From the NCBI GenBank assembly GCA_038496445.1, contig JALMLS010000573.1, positions 284,917 to 348,916 on the forward strand: 64,000 nt of DNA, read 5' to 3'. Numbering within the stretch: the stretch's first letter is position 1; every line of letters begins with the position of its first letter. The notes below the pieces were generated by a model that saw nothing but the letters and a program-made list of their open reading frames with translations, was not told the origin of the DNA and did not search any database. The stretch is from Trichosphaerium sp. ATCC 40318. Lineage: Eukaryota; Protista; Tubulinea. This document shows positions 39,271 to 50,436 of the stretch, in pieces. The position numbers and the translations under genes are program-made.

Positions 39271-41928
39271 ACGCACGTGCGTTTTTTGAGCACTAAAAAA
39301 CTACTTTAGCTTGTGGAGTAAGTTAGAGTCGCCTTGGTACATGTAGGATCTAAAACTAAAACCGTGAGCGGGCTTTACAAGTAGAACCTTGTACATTTTG
39401 TTATGTGGTACTTCTTAGGTGTGAGGATTGTTATGACTTGTACTGACATTCATACATGATTGTCCCATACAAATACAAAAGACAGGAATGGATTTTACAG
39501 CTAAGTAGAAACAAAGTTAATAAGAGGAGAAAACAACTTTGACTTAACAGATTAATTGATGGGAGTTTGTGTCATTGCACAAGTTAATCTCAGAACATGC
39601 TTTGTACAGTCAAAACAATCATTGATTTGTGAACATATCCTTTCAAGTATCGTGTATTGGTACTTACTATTGGCATCCACAGGAGGTAAGGCATTTCACT
39701 TGGTATCTTGCATAGATTCATCGCTCTACACTCTTGAAAGATGGCCATCTACGCTAGTGTTCATGGTATTAGCAAACTAGCTAGGAATCTGGTGCATGTT
39801 TACTTTGTCTACATTGCTACGGCTCATTCTGAGATGGACATACATGGGTGCCTGCCAAGGGCTTACATCAGAGTTGCCCTGACTGTTTTCAAAATGGGAA
39901 AGATGTAGGGAAGCCATTTACTACATGATATAAGACACAATACCCTGTGCACATAAGATGAATACTGTTTACACCATTGCTTTATTACGTTTTCAACATC
40001 AAACAGTTGATTCAAGTGTATTTCCGTTGTAGCGCTTTGCTCAAATAGTGCTGAAAAACCTCAGTTACACTACAAGACTTGAATTCTAAGTGTTTAGGTG
40101 CCTAGGTAGTCCATTATTTGGCGTGCTTCACGCGTTGTAATTTTGAAAAGAGACTTGTTCGAACGCTTTTCATGCACGAGCAGATTGTTTTATCACTTTT
40201 TAAAACCTGTTTGGTGAGAAAAAACACTAAAGAACATTCAAGTGCTTTAAATACTTCAATTCATTATGTTGCGAGCCCTTGCTGCAGTTAATGCGTTGGT
40301 CTTGTCGCAAACTTGTAGCCACCTCACTGCGAGTTGCTCAATGTACGATAGCGTGTACGAGACATCTAAAAATCGCAGATGAAACCAACGTAGATAGAAA
40401 AACTAAAAAAAAGAGAATAAAATCTCCACCGCTGATGAAAAGATACACAGCTACAGTTACGTTCTTGTATTTTGGCGTCCGGTTCTCGTTATGATAATGA
40501 CAATTCCGTCTGGTTACAATAACATTATGATAATACCTTTGTGTTTGCCGGGCGGGGTAAAAAATAGCCCGCAAAAGAGATTATTCGCCACTTTCGAGTG
40601 ACAAAGTTGAGAGAGGGTATTCGCTACTATTTGGTGAAATATTTGAAAGACCTTTTCGAACGATACTTTTTTTCCGCCCGTAAGACACTGTTATTTGTCG
40701 CGTAAGGCTACCACTTCACTCCGTTAGTGACTGTTATTTATGTCTTTGCCGTTTTTTATGCAATAAATGATCGAATCTTTACAGTGCTTGTGGTTGGTAA
40801 ATGTCGTAAAAAAAGCGGCCGAGATAGGCTCTGTGGCTGTACAAGTCAGATATGCGTACAGTGCAAAGCGGCCGAACTCAGTGTTGCTTCTTCTATGGAA
40901 CTGCAAGCAAGTGTGCAAGTGTTTATTGAAACGGAGGCTACAAGCAAGGAGAACCGTTTCTATACAGCATCTTTCGTATGGAATCAACAATTCATTCCGA
41001 GTTTGGAAGCCAACATAACTGAAGGAAATGAATTTACAGCGGACGGACAGTGTCTGTCTAACACTAGACGCGATGTCAAATCGCTATGTTAACAAATCCC
41101 TTATTACGTTCTATATAACTTGTACTTCTCCAACATCCTTTATGTGCTTTTATCTCAATGCATTTTGCTGTGCATTTCACGTTGATACCTGGTTCTTTTA
41201 TCTTTCAGGATTTTACTTTACGCTGCGGTACTACAACTCATAGGATGACTCAAAGACTCGTAATCAACAGTACTGTCACCTGTAAGTAATATCAGTTAAT
41301 TTAATAGATAACTGGTATCGTATCTACTACTTGTACATCAAAGGAATAGCGTGATTCTGTAATGTACACATCTTAAAACAAGTCCTCCAGATTGACCATC
41401 TTAATATTATACCTCTAAATACAAGAACCAATCAATATTTCTTAGTTGCACGGGTTTTCTATCACATGATAGAATATAGACGTGCGCAATTGGCCTTGTT
41501 TCATATGTAAGGAGCTTAGACGTTGGACAAAGGTGGATATTTCAATGTATGCTGATGTACTCAAATTACTAATCTTCACTTGTGTCTAACGCATCAAGTT
41601 CAATTATCTCAACTAAACACAGTAACGCATATCATAAAACTATCAGAAACAGTCTAGCATCTATCGATATGGCTGGAGCAATAGCACTTTGTGAAGGTAC
41701 TTACTTAGCGTATAAGACTTCAATCCAAACAAACAGCATAGTTCAGTGCTTGTTGTATTTCCATCAATAGTGGCGCTGAAGTACTTGTGAGGAAATCCAT
41801 ACAGATTGACAATGGAATATTGTATTGAAACCAAGTCTATGTTGTGATGCGTTACGAAGAGAACAATGAGTAAGTAAAATGCTTTATTTGTGTGAATGAA
41901 TATTGGCAGCGTGTGCTGATAGTGGAGC

Positions 41929-44900
41929 CTACTTGTTTGTTCTTTCAAGTTGGGCTAGTTTCGCAAGTAGAGTGGCGTTTCTCTCTTGTACGTCAGTTAG
42001 GCTTTTCCTTAAGGTGATGTTATCTTGCTTCAGGATGGCATTGGTTTTGGATAAGTTGACGTTGTCTTTCTTTAGGTTGTTGACACTTTCTTTAATGATG
42101 GCATTACTTTCTGTTAATTTGACGTTGTCTTCCTTCAGGTCATTGACACTTTCTATCAACTTGACATTGTCTTGCTGTAGGTTGTTGACACTTTCTGTTA
42201 GGTTGATGATGTGTTGTTGCTTGGTTGAGTTGTCTTGTTGTAGGTTATTGACACTTTCTGTTAGGCTGATATTGTCTCGCTTCAGGTCGGCATTGTTTTC
42301 TGCTATTTTGGCAATGTCTTGCTTTAGATTATTGACGGTTTCTGTCAATTTGATGATGCGTCGTTGCTTGATCGAGTTGTCTTGCTCTAACTTCGCATTA
42401 TACTGTTGTTGGTTTGTATTGTTCTGTTGTAATTTCTCAAGAAGTTCCTTCATATTCGCATTACTCTTCTTTAGTTTGTTCATCTCGTAGTTTGCTTTCT
42501 GTAATTCTATGTCGAGATATACATCATTGCTAGTTGATTGCTGGTCATCAGTTGAATCCACATGGGCAGCCCATAGTTTTCTAGTACAACAGCGTAAGTT
42601 TAAATTCAAGCAAAACATGTGACTTCTTACCGGTTACTAGTAAAATTATCATCATCAGAGTCAGAGATATCATCATCTGAACCTTCATTTTCTTCTTTGT
42701 TTTGTTTCTTTGTCTTTTTACCACCTTTCTTGGGTTTTTTTGTTTTCATTCGTTTTTTGATTTGATTATCTTTCACTGCAACTTTGATGATGTAACGAGC
42801 AACAGCTTGAGAATCTGATTGCAAAATCAAGTTAATACAATTTTTTGGTAGTAGTTGCTCCTGTACCTTGTGCAACAACAAGCTCATCGTATACCGCGTT
42901 GGCAAGTTTATTTTCTTTGAGAACTCTACCTAAGCTATCTACCAATGCAAAATGACTTTGGTAGCCTGGTTTTATTGGCTGTCCTCTTAACTTGTCTTTT
43001 GGGTGTACCTTTTTGCAAATTAGATACGACAATAAAATTGATTACATACAGGATATACATTGCCAGGAGTGACAAGACTCAAAATAAGTGTTTTCTCTTT
43101 CTTTCCTCCCTTATCATAAGAACACGCATATTTTATACTCCGCTGTTGTGAAAGAAATGAATATAGTGTTACATTATTATCGCGTACTGTGAAGTATATC
43201 CCTTGGCCATAGTAACCAGCATCTAAAGCACTCACAGTTCCAAAACCAGCTTTTACAATACTGTAAGCTGCTTCTTCACTTGTACCATGAGCCATCAATA
43301 TCACTGGTGACTAAACGTAGGTTAGTACAAATAGCTTTTTTTTAACAAACATTACCTCTTCTTTTGAAGCGTCCTCGTTATTGGTACTTGAATCTTTTTG
43401 CATTGGTGTGGAATTGTGTTGTTTGTAAACACTCTCTTTGTACTTTTTATGTATGCCATTTTTCCAATTTTGTTTTTTAAACAACTTGGCAAGTCCTCTA
43501 CAAGTACATACTTAGACACATTAAAACAGGGTATAATAATAGAGTACTGATGTCTATGTTGTAGTATGTTGTTGAATTGTCCAAAGTTGTCATTCAAGAT
43601 ATCATTGTAAACAAGAGTCGCTTCAACAATATCGTATTGGTCATAGCCGTGCATTTTGGACATCTGTTGTTTGAGGACGTTGAATTCTCTTACAGCCACT
43701 TTGTCAGTTGTATCAAGCAGATTCAGTGTCCTGTAGTCAGTCGCCTTTAAATCAATGCCCCTTTTTAAAATAAACTGAAAAAACCCCAAATGGTAATAAG
43801 TTTGAACGCACGTGCTGTTAGATCTGTCCCAATTATTTGCAAAATGCAACCTCAGATTTAACTCCCGCGTGTTTTCAGCCTTAATTCCTTTGTGGTACTT
43901 TAGTGTTTGTAGCAAAACAGTGACCTTGATACCTGTAGTAATATCTTCAAAGTATTCAATTTGATCGGTGTTGCTCCAGGCATCATTGGGCATATCAAAC
44001 AAGATGCCTTGCATTAATTCTCCATCTTGTTTCCAGAAGTTCTAGTAAAAAGCAAACAGTATAAAGTTTACATGTGGTTTGTGGATTCGTACTGCAGACA
44101 AAGCAACTTTGGGATTGCACACAGAACAAATTAAATAACAAATGCCCTTTTCCATTGCCAGTTTAAAATAAGAACGGGTTGGCTGAAGGTTGTAACAATT
44201 AAAACAAGTAAAGCATTTCAAAGGTAGCATACCAAGTACCGAAGCCATTTTCTAGGATGTTTAAGATCTTGTTTCCACTGCTCGAAGTATGCTTTGTTGT
44301 ATTGAGTCATTTGCATTTCCAATCTGTTCCTGTTTGTGGAGGACATAAAGGATGAACAAGATTTCCACAATGCATGGCATTGTTTGCCACTTGGACAGTA
44401 TTTTAAAAAAGTTACAAACGCTTCAACAGCTGCTGGAGCATTTGATATCACTTGTTTAAATAACGATAAAAGAAAATCTTGCCACTTTTTCTTATCTGGT
44501 GATATAACTAAAACCCAACTGTTAACTATTGTTTGTTTCAAACAAATAGAGTTACAAGTGTGAAATTGCAACAGTACCTAAATCAACATTGTTTCTATTT
44601 TCATCACCAGCGTTCTTATTTAAATGTGCTTTAAGTAATATTGGTATAATTTCATTATTTCCTCTTTGTGCTAAATAGTAACATAAGCTAAACTTGTAGT
44701 ATTTCTTTTGATGTAACCTGAAAAATGTAAAGCTGTATTTCCATCTTTATCAACAGCATGAATATTGGCATTGACATTGAGTAATGTTGATACAACTTCA
44801 TTGTGTCCTTCTTGTGCTAAATAGTAGAGTAAGGTATGTACATGTTATATCTCATTATATCATGTTACCTGCATAAATTAAAGCTGTTTTTCCATCTTTA

Positions 44901-46609
44901 TCAACAGCATCAATATTGGCATTGGCGTTGAGTAATGTTGATACAACTTCATTGTGTCCTTTTAATGCTAAATAGTAGAGTGAGGTATGTACATGTTATA
45001 TCTCATCATATCACATTACCTGCACAAATTAAAGCTGTCTTTCCATCTTTATCAACAGCATGAATATTGGCATTGGCGTTGAGTAATGTTGATACAACTT
45101 CATTGTGTCCTTCTGATGCTAAATAGTAGAGTGAGGTATGTACATGTTATATCTCATCATATCATGTTACCTGCATAAATTAAAGCTGTCTTTCCATCTT
45201 CATCAACAGCATGAATATTGGCATTGGCGTTGAGTAATGTTGATACAACTTCATTGTGTCCTTTTTGTGCTAAATAGTAGAGTGAGGCATGTACATGTTA
45301 TATCTCATCATATCATGTTACCTGCATAAATTAAAGCTGTTTTTCCATCTTTATTAACAGCATGAATATTGGCATTGGCGTTGAGTAATGTTGATACAAC
45401 TTCATTATGTCCACACGATGCTAAATAGTAGAGTGAGGTATGTACATGTTATATCTCATCATATCATGTTACCTGCATAAATTAAAGCTGTTTTTCCATC
45501 TTTATCAACAGCATGAATATTGGCATTGGCGTTGAGTAATGTTGATACAACTTCATTATATCCACACAATGCTAAATAGTAGAGTAAGGTATGTACATGT
45601 TATATCTCATCATATCATGTTACCTGCATAAATTAAAGCTGTTTTTCCATCTTTATTAACAGCATGAATATTGGCATTGGCGTTGAGTAATGTTGATACA
45701 ACTTCATTATATCCATACAATGCTAAATAGTAGAGTAAGGTATGTACATGTTATATCTCATTATATCATGTTACCTGCATAAATTAAAGCTGTTTTTCCA
45801 TCTTCATCAACAGCATGAATATTGGCATTGGCGTTGAGTAATGTTGATACAACTTCATTGTGTCCTTCTTGTGCTAAATAGTAGAGTAAGGTATGTACAT
45901 GTTATATCTCATCATATCATGTTACCTGCACAAATTAAAGCTGTTTTTCCATATTCATTAACAGCATGAATATTGGCATTGGCGTTGAGTAATGTTGATA
46001 CAACTTCATTGTACCCGCTTTGTGCTAAATAGTAGAGTAAGGTATGTACATGTTATATCTCATCATATCATGTTACCTGCATAAATTAAAGCTGTATTTC
46101 CATATTTATCAACAGCATGAATATTGGCATTGGCGTTGAGTAATGTTGATACAACTTCATTGTACCCGCTTTGTGCTAAATAGTAGAGTAAGGTATGTAC
46201 ATGTTATATCTCATCATATCATGTTACCTGCACAAATTAAAGCTGTTTTTCCATATTTGTCAACAGCATGAATATTGGCATTGGCGTTGAGTAATGTTGA
46301 TACAACTTCATTGTGTGCTAAATAGTAATTTGAGATATGCACCATGTTGTATCTCATATAAAGCATTACCTGATCTAATAAAGGCTGTGTTTATATCTTC
46401 GTCAACAGCACAATTGTTTACTATCACTTTAAGTAACATTGAAACAATTTGAGTGTAGCCATTTGTTGCTGTACTTGGTCAACTATTTGCTTATCAATGC
46501 ATTACAAACCTGCAAAAGAAAACACAATTTCAATTATGGGGAGATGGATGTTGTTGGTTGGTTCTTCCTGTTCTAAATGTTGGTTTTCGTCACTTTGTGA
46601 TTCTGTCAT
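41929..46609 (-). CDS. Ankyrin-repeat / PARP-like ADP-ribosyltransferase / coiled-coil gene 3 (complete)
   Basis: ATG at 46609 is preceded by the same GAGTG(A/G)CAACACGTC as genes 1 and 2. About 13 ankyrin exons and the linker domain follow. ART motifs: LMAHGT, DAGYYGQGIYFT, YACSY, YDELVVAQ. A long coiled coil ends at the stop at 41929. Confidence 0.92.
42040..42380 (-). repeat. Coding tandem repeat (21/42-nt heptad units; SVNNLQQDNVKLTE) in the gene 3 coiled coil
   Basis: Repeated ttgacactttc...ttgtcttg blocks, translating to reiterated 14-21 aa units. Confidence 0.8.
44718..46327 (-). repeat. Tandem array of 11 ankyrin exon+intron units, period 151 bp (99-nt exon + 52-nt intron)
   Basis: Exon lower ends at 44718, 44869, 45020, 45171, 45322, 45473, 45624, 45775, 45926, 46077 and 46228 (the last has an in-frame 9-nt deletion). 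Confidence 0.97.
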
Positions 46610-47875
46610 GACGTGTTGTCACTCTTGAGGTTATCACAAATCAGTATTAAGTCGGTGTTACTTGACACATGAGATTTTTCAGTGAAACGTTATTGTAAAT
46701 TTGTGTTGCGGTTCTGGTTTTGTGTTTTTTTTAAATTAACTGAATCGTTTCAAGAAGGCGATTGCCTGTACAATAGTTGAAATAATTGTTGAAATAAAAA
46801 TTGCAAAGGAAAAGTTAAGTTTACGGAACTGACTCAGATTATCAATAGTTTTTGCTATTGATAATTTTTTTTTCATATAACGCTGAAGGCATTTTTCCAG
46901 TCTTTTTGCCGTCTCTATTCTGAGAGCCGGCTTGGTATTGTATATAATTTCGGCTATTTTGCCGGCAGTAAATAAAGAACGTAGGTAACAAAAACTGTCG
47001 TTTATTGCCTCATTGTATTGCTGGAAGTCACTATCTGCACTGTGATCACTGCCAACGTACTGATCTATGTCCTCAAGTTCTGTTTTGTCTATCATTGGGA
47101 TTGAGAGTACCACCTTGAGCAGCATGGGAAATCAGCGCTCTGTGATTCATAATTTGGGTAGTAAGTTGATGTTGGTGGGTCTGCTCTATCCCAGTGCTCT
47201 GTTGGTTTCTTTAGTCTCAAGGGCGACCCATTATATATATTTGCAATGAATGAATCCCTTCTGTTGCCTTCATTGTATTTTGCTGGGTGCCGCCCTGTTC
47301 TTTTCTTCGGGCCTGCTGTAGTTTTTTTTCTTCTTCAATCTCTGTATCTCTTGTCTTTACCGTACCAGTAAGTTTATTGTACACTTTTCAAGGTGTTATT
47401 GCAGCACCAAGTGCATACATGCGTTGTTGCAGTTCTAGTTCAGATGGCGGCAGTCTTTTTGGGTTTGCAAGTGGCCTCTTATAAAAGTTAAGTCGGCCTG
47501 ATGCGCAGCAAACATAGCAATCCTCTGCCAATTAGCTACACAATTCTTAGACAAAAAAAAAACTACTTACGCGTTTTTACAGTGTTACGCTGAGTCTTCT
47601 CAATCTATGCATATGGATAAAAGAGATTGTACTGTGATTACCTGAACTCAACATCAATAAGTATGTCAGTGATACGCCCTGCCATTATGTCAAGTTCTGT
47701 ATCTGAAAACCCTATAGTCCTTGTTAGTGCGTTGTGATGTGACTTGTCAGTAGGAGAGAGAAGAAAAACTTAGACAAGTTTTGGCCTTGAAAGGTCGAGC
47801 CTCCAAGGCTCCCAATCCGCGTTGTACGAAGTACAAGAAACCCCAAACCGAAGGACGGCGGCTTGGGTAGCCTCG

Positions 47876-48904
47876 TTAGGGCTCCATCTCCAAAGCTGCG
47901 CGTGTTTTACTGGCCATGGAGCGTTTGATGCGTCTGCGCTGATCGGCATCTATGACGATGTAAAGTAAAACTGCGTTGGAGCGCCAATCTCCGAGGTCAC
48001 GGACGATTGGCAAGGAGGCCCCCATCTTGAAGGCCCACGTGGCACCGCCACGGCGAAAGGAGTGGCCAGCGTATAGAGCAGGGTCATAACCTAGCAGGTT
48101 CATTATCTGTTTCGTGCGAGCAACGAAACGTGAGTATGTGAGCGTCCAGCGAGAGCCATTTATAATGGCGGCGAAGATAGGTCCAGAGCGAGGAGCCACT
48201 TTGTCGAGGAGCGTTGAGAGGTATGGAACTGGAGAGATCTCCAGTCCAGAGTTGACAATTTCGATGGATAAGATTCGTGATCGGTCCCGAATCGTCTTGG
48301 TCTTGGTGAAATTGAGAGTGAATCCGTCAGCGTGTCGAGTGATGATACTACGGCAAAGGTGGTATCCAGGAGCAAAGCTGCTGACGGATTTGGGTACTAG
48401 TTGACCGGAACGAAGGAACGTGTCAAAGGCTGTAAGGGCAGCTGTGTAGTAGATGAAGTCTTTCGTGTTGTTGAGGTCAAGAACTTCTTTCATGCGTACC
48501 AGTATCCGTGGTGATATTGGGTGTTTCCGTCGAATGCCATGAGGGTTGCATTTGGAAATACCGCTCATGAGGAGTTGGAAACGAAACATTAGGTCGGTAC
48601 GTAGAGGAGGGAAGCTGTACCATTGCGCATAGAAGCGCACAGAAGTGATGTATTTGTGAATGGTCGAGGGTGAGAGTTTGAATCCTCTGAACATGATCGT
48701 GACAACGTCGCACAGGTTAGATTCAGTGATAGGGAGAGGTGAAGTGTTGAGAAGGATTGTTGCTTTCAGGTAAAATCTCCAGCCAGATCTATAAGATGCC
48801 CAAGTGCCTTTAGCTAAAGCCGCTTGGAGGAGGATATTCTTCTTCTTCTCTAACCTGTTCCAGTCCATGGTTGAGGGTCTAGTTTGAAGTTTTGCGAGGC
48901 GCAA
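47876..48904 (-). CDS. Tyrosine recombinase of the DIRS-like element
   Basis: FLRSG (catalytic R), KTKT, GHSFRRGGAT (HxxR), GDWRS and the terminal Tyr in LLY. Confidence 0.93.
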   Translation of the reverse strand: MRLAKLQTRPSTMDWNRLEKKKNILLQAALAKGTWASYRSGWRFYLKATILLNTSPLPITESNLCDVVTIMFRGFKLSPSTIHKYITSVRFYAQWYSFPPLRTDLMFRFQLLMSGISKCNPHGIRRKHPISPRILVRMKEVLDLNNTKDFIYYTAALTAFDTFLRSGQLVPKSVSSFAPGYHLCRSIITRHADGFTLNFTKTKTIRDRSRILSIEIVNSGLEISPVPYLSTLLDKVAPRSGPIFAAIINGSRWTLTYSRFVARTKQIMNLLGYDPALYAGHSFRRGGATWAFKMGASLPIVRDLGDWRSNAVLLYIVIDADQRRRIKRSMASKTRAALEMEP

Positions 48905-50430
48905 AAGATGTGACAGGCGTGGAGGTCGTTACGAGAAAGCAAATCTGTGATGGTGTTGTCTTCAGACGAGATGTGTTGAGTCGTCAGACGGAAGTGAAAA
49001 CGCGCTTGAAGGTTGTGAATGGAGCGGATGAGAGGCATAGCTCCTTTGACCTTTGTTGTGAGGCGATTGATGGCAGCCTCGGTGTTGGTGTTGTCAGTGT
49101 ACACTTGGCAGATGGTGTGACCTGAGAAAAGATGTGAGAACACAACGATACCCTTATAAAGCGCGTATATTTCTCGCCAAGCGATTGAGAGACGACGTTG
49201 TTCGTCATTGAAGGCTCCCATGAGCCAATGTCCGTTGTAATATACCCCATAGCCCCAATCTGAGGTGTCAGCAGTGAAGAATTTATGATTTTCAGGTAAA
49301 GGATCCACAAGTATCGCTTTACTGTTGAAATGAGACATGAAGTTAATCCACCAGGCGATGTCGTCTTGGAAGGCGCTGTTGAGAGATACCCAGTGGTAAG
49401 GACGCGAGGCGGCATTCATGCAAGTGAGGATGCATTTAAGGTATGTACGTCCGCCATATATGACTTGAGAAGCCCAGTTGAGTTTGCCCGCAAGAGATTG
49501 GAGATCTTTCTTGCGAGCTTTCTTGCGATTTCTGAAAAAGAGCAAGAGGTCCAATGTTTCTTGGAGTTTAGAAGCCGAAAGGCGAGCTTCACGCTTGACG
49601 GAGTCAAGTTCAACACCCAAGAATGTGATGGTGGTGGAAGGTACCGAGATTTTGGAAGGTTTGACAGTGAAACCAAGAGAACGAAGAAGGGTGACGAGGG
49701 CGTCACGTACTTTGACACAAGTGTCGAAGTCTTTAGCAGCGATGAAGAAATTGTCAACATAAACGGTGACGTATATCCAACAATCTTTAGCGAATGATTC
49801 GCATACTGCTTGTGTGAGAATGCAGAAAATGTATGCTGCAATGTTGAGTCCAAAGGGCATGCGAGTGTCGAGGTAGTATCTACCATTCCAGAAGAATACG
49901 AGGATTCTCCAGGAGTCACGAGCCATAGGTACAGCTCGATAAGCTTCACTGATGTCGATCTTAGCCATGAAGCAAGCGAGGCCTAAGATGAACATGAAGC
50001 GAATGGCTTCAGCGATACCTGCCATTTTGAAATGTGGAGGCACATTCATGTCGTTGACAGATCGGCCTCGAGGTGCGCTGAGATCAACCACGCGGCGTGC
50101 TTTGCCGTTGGATTTAACTACGACACCTAGGGCATTGGAGCGGAAGGGTTTGGAAGAGCAAGGAGCTATTCTTCCGAGAGAGAGTTCGTGAGAAACGTCA
50201 TCACTGAGTAATTTCTCGTGTTCGAAGCAAGAGGAATAATTGTTAACAAATGTAGGCTCAGAGGGAGCATTTTGGTTAACCACGCTAACGCCATAAGTAA
50301 GCCAGGCGACAATAACGGAACGCAGAGGGTGATCAGAAAGCATTTTATTCCAGAGGTGAACACGAATAGTAAGGGGTGAAAGGACTACCCCTTTTGGCAA
50401 CATATCAGTCGCGAGAATGACGTCTCCCAC
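48850..50430 (-). CDS. Reverse transcriptase / RNase H of the DIRS-like element (catalytic motif mutated to YVDN)
   Basis: RRVVDLS, KIDISEAYR, MPFGL, YVDNF, FLGVELDS, LAGKLNWAS, IAWREIYA, YTDN, DLLSR. Confidence 0.93.
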   Translation of the reverse strand: MGDVILATDMLPKGVVLSPLTIRVHLWNKMLSDHPLRSVIVAWLTYGVSVVNQNAPSEPTFVNNYSSCFEHEKLLSDDVSHELSLGRIAPCSSKPFRSNALGVVVKSNGKARRVVDLSAPRGRSVNDMNVPPHFKMAGIAEAIRFMFILGLACFMAKIDISEAYRAVPMARDSWRILVFFWNGRYYLDTRMPFGLNIAAYIFCILTQAVCESFAKDCWIYVTVYVDNFFIAAKDFDTCVKVRDALVTLLRSLGFTVKPSKISVPSTTITFLGVELDSVKREARLSASKLQETLDLLLFFRNRKKARKKDLQSLAGKLNWASQVIYGGRTYLKCILTCMNAASRPYHWVSLNSAFQDDIAWWINFMSHFNSKAILVDPLPENHKFFTADTSDWGYGVYYNGHWLMGAFNDEQRRLSIAWREIYALYKGIVVFSHLFSGHTICQVYTDNTNTEAAINRLTTKVKGAMPLIRSIHNLQARFHFRLTTQHISSEDNTITDLLSRNDLHACHIFCASQNFKLDPQPWTGTG

Positions 50431-50436
50431 GAGATT

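Noticed and set aside
40727-41243. Small plus-strand gene
   Set aside because: Short ORF with a possible intron but no motif support.
41903-42490. 195-aa plus-strand ORF (also 32944-33342 and the plus-strand ORFs within 48-51.6 kb)
   Set aside because: Antisense shadows of the coiled-coil repeat or the DIRS ORFs.
44718-46327. CRISPR-like or non-coding satellite array
   Set aside because: The units are spliceable ankyrin exons plus introns. There are no unique spacers or cas genes, and the context is eukaryotic.
46736-47700. Possible gene between gene 3 and the DIRS element
   Set aside because: A 129-aa ORF without recognisable motifs. No reliable gene model could be built.
47876-48904. Domesticated recombinase driving ankyrin shuffling or inversions
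   Set aside because: It sits in normal DIRS gag-RT-YR order and shows the same CpG-type decay as the RT. No recombination sites were identified, and proximity alone is insufficient.
48850-50430. Diversity-generating retroelement acting on the ankyrin array
   Set aside because: The RT is DIRS-type with RNase H. There is no TR/VR pair, and the array variation is not adenine-specific.
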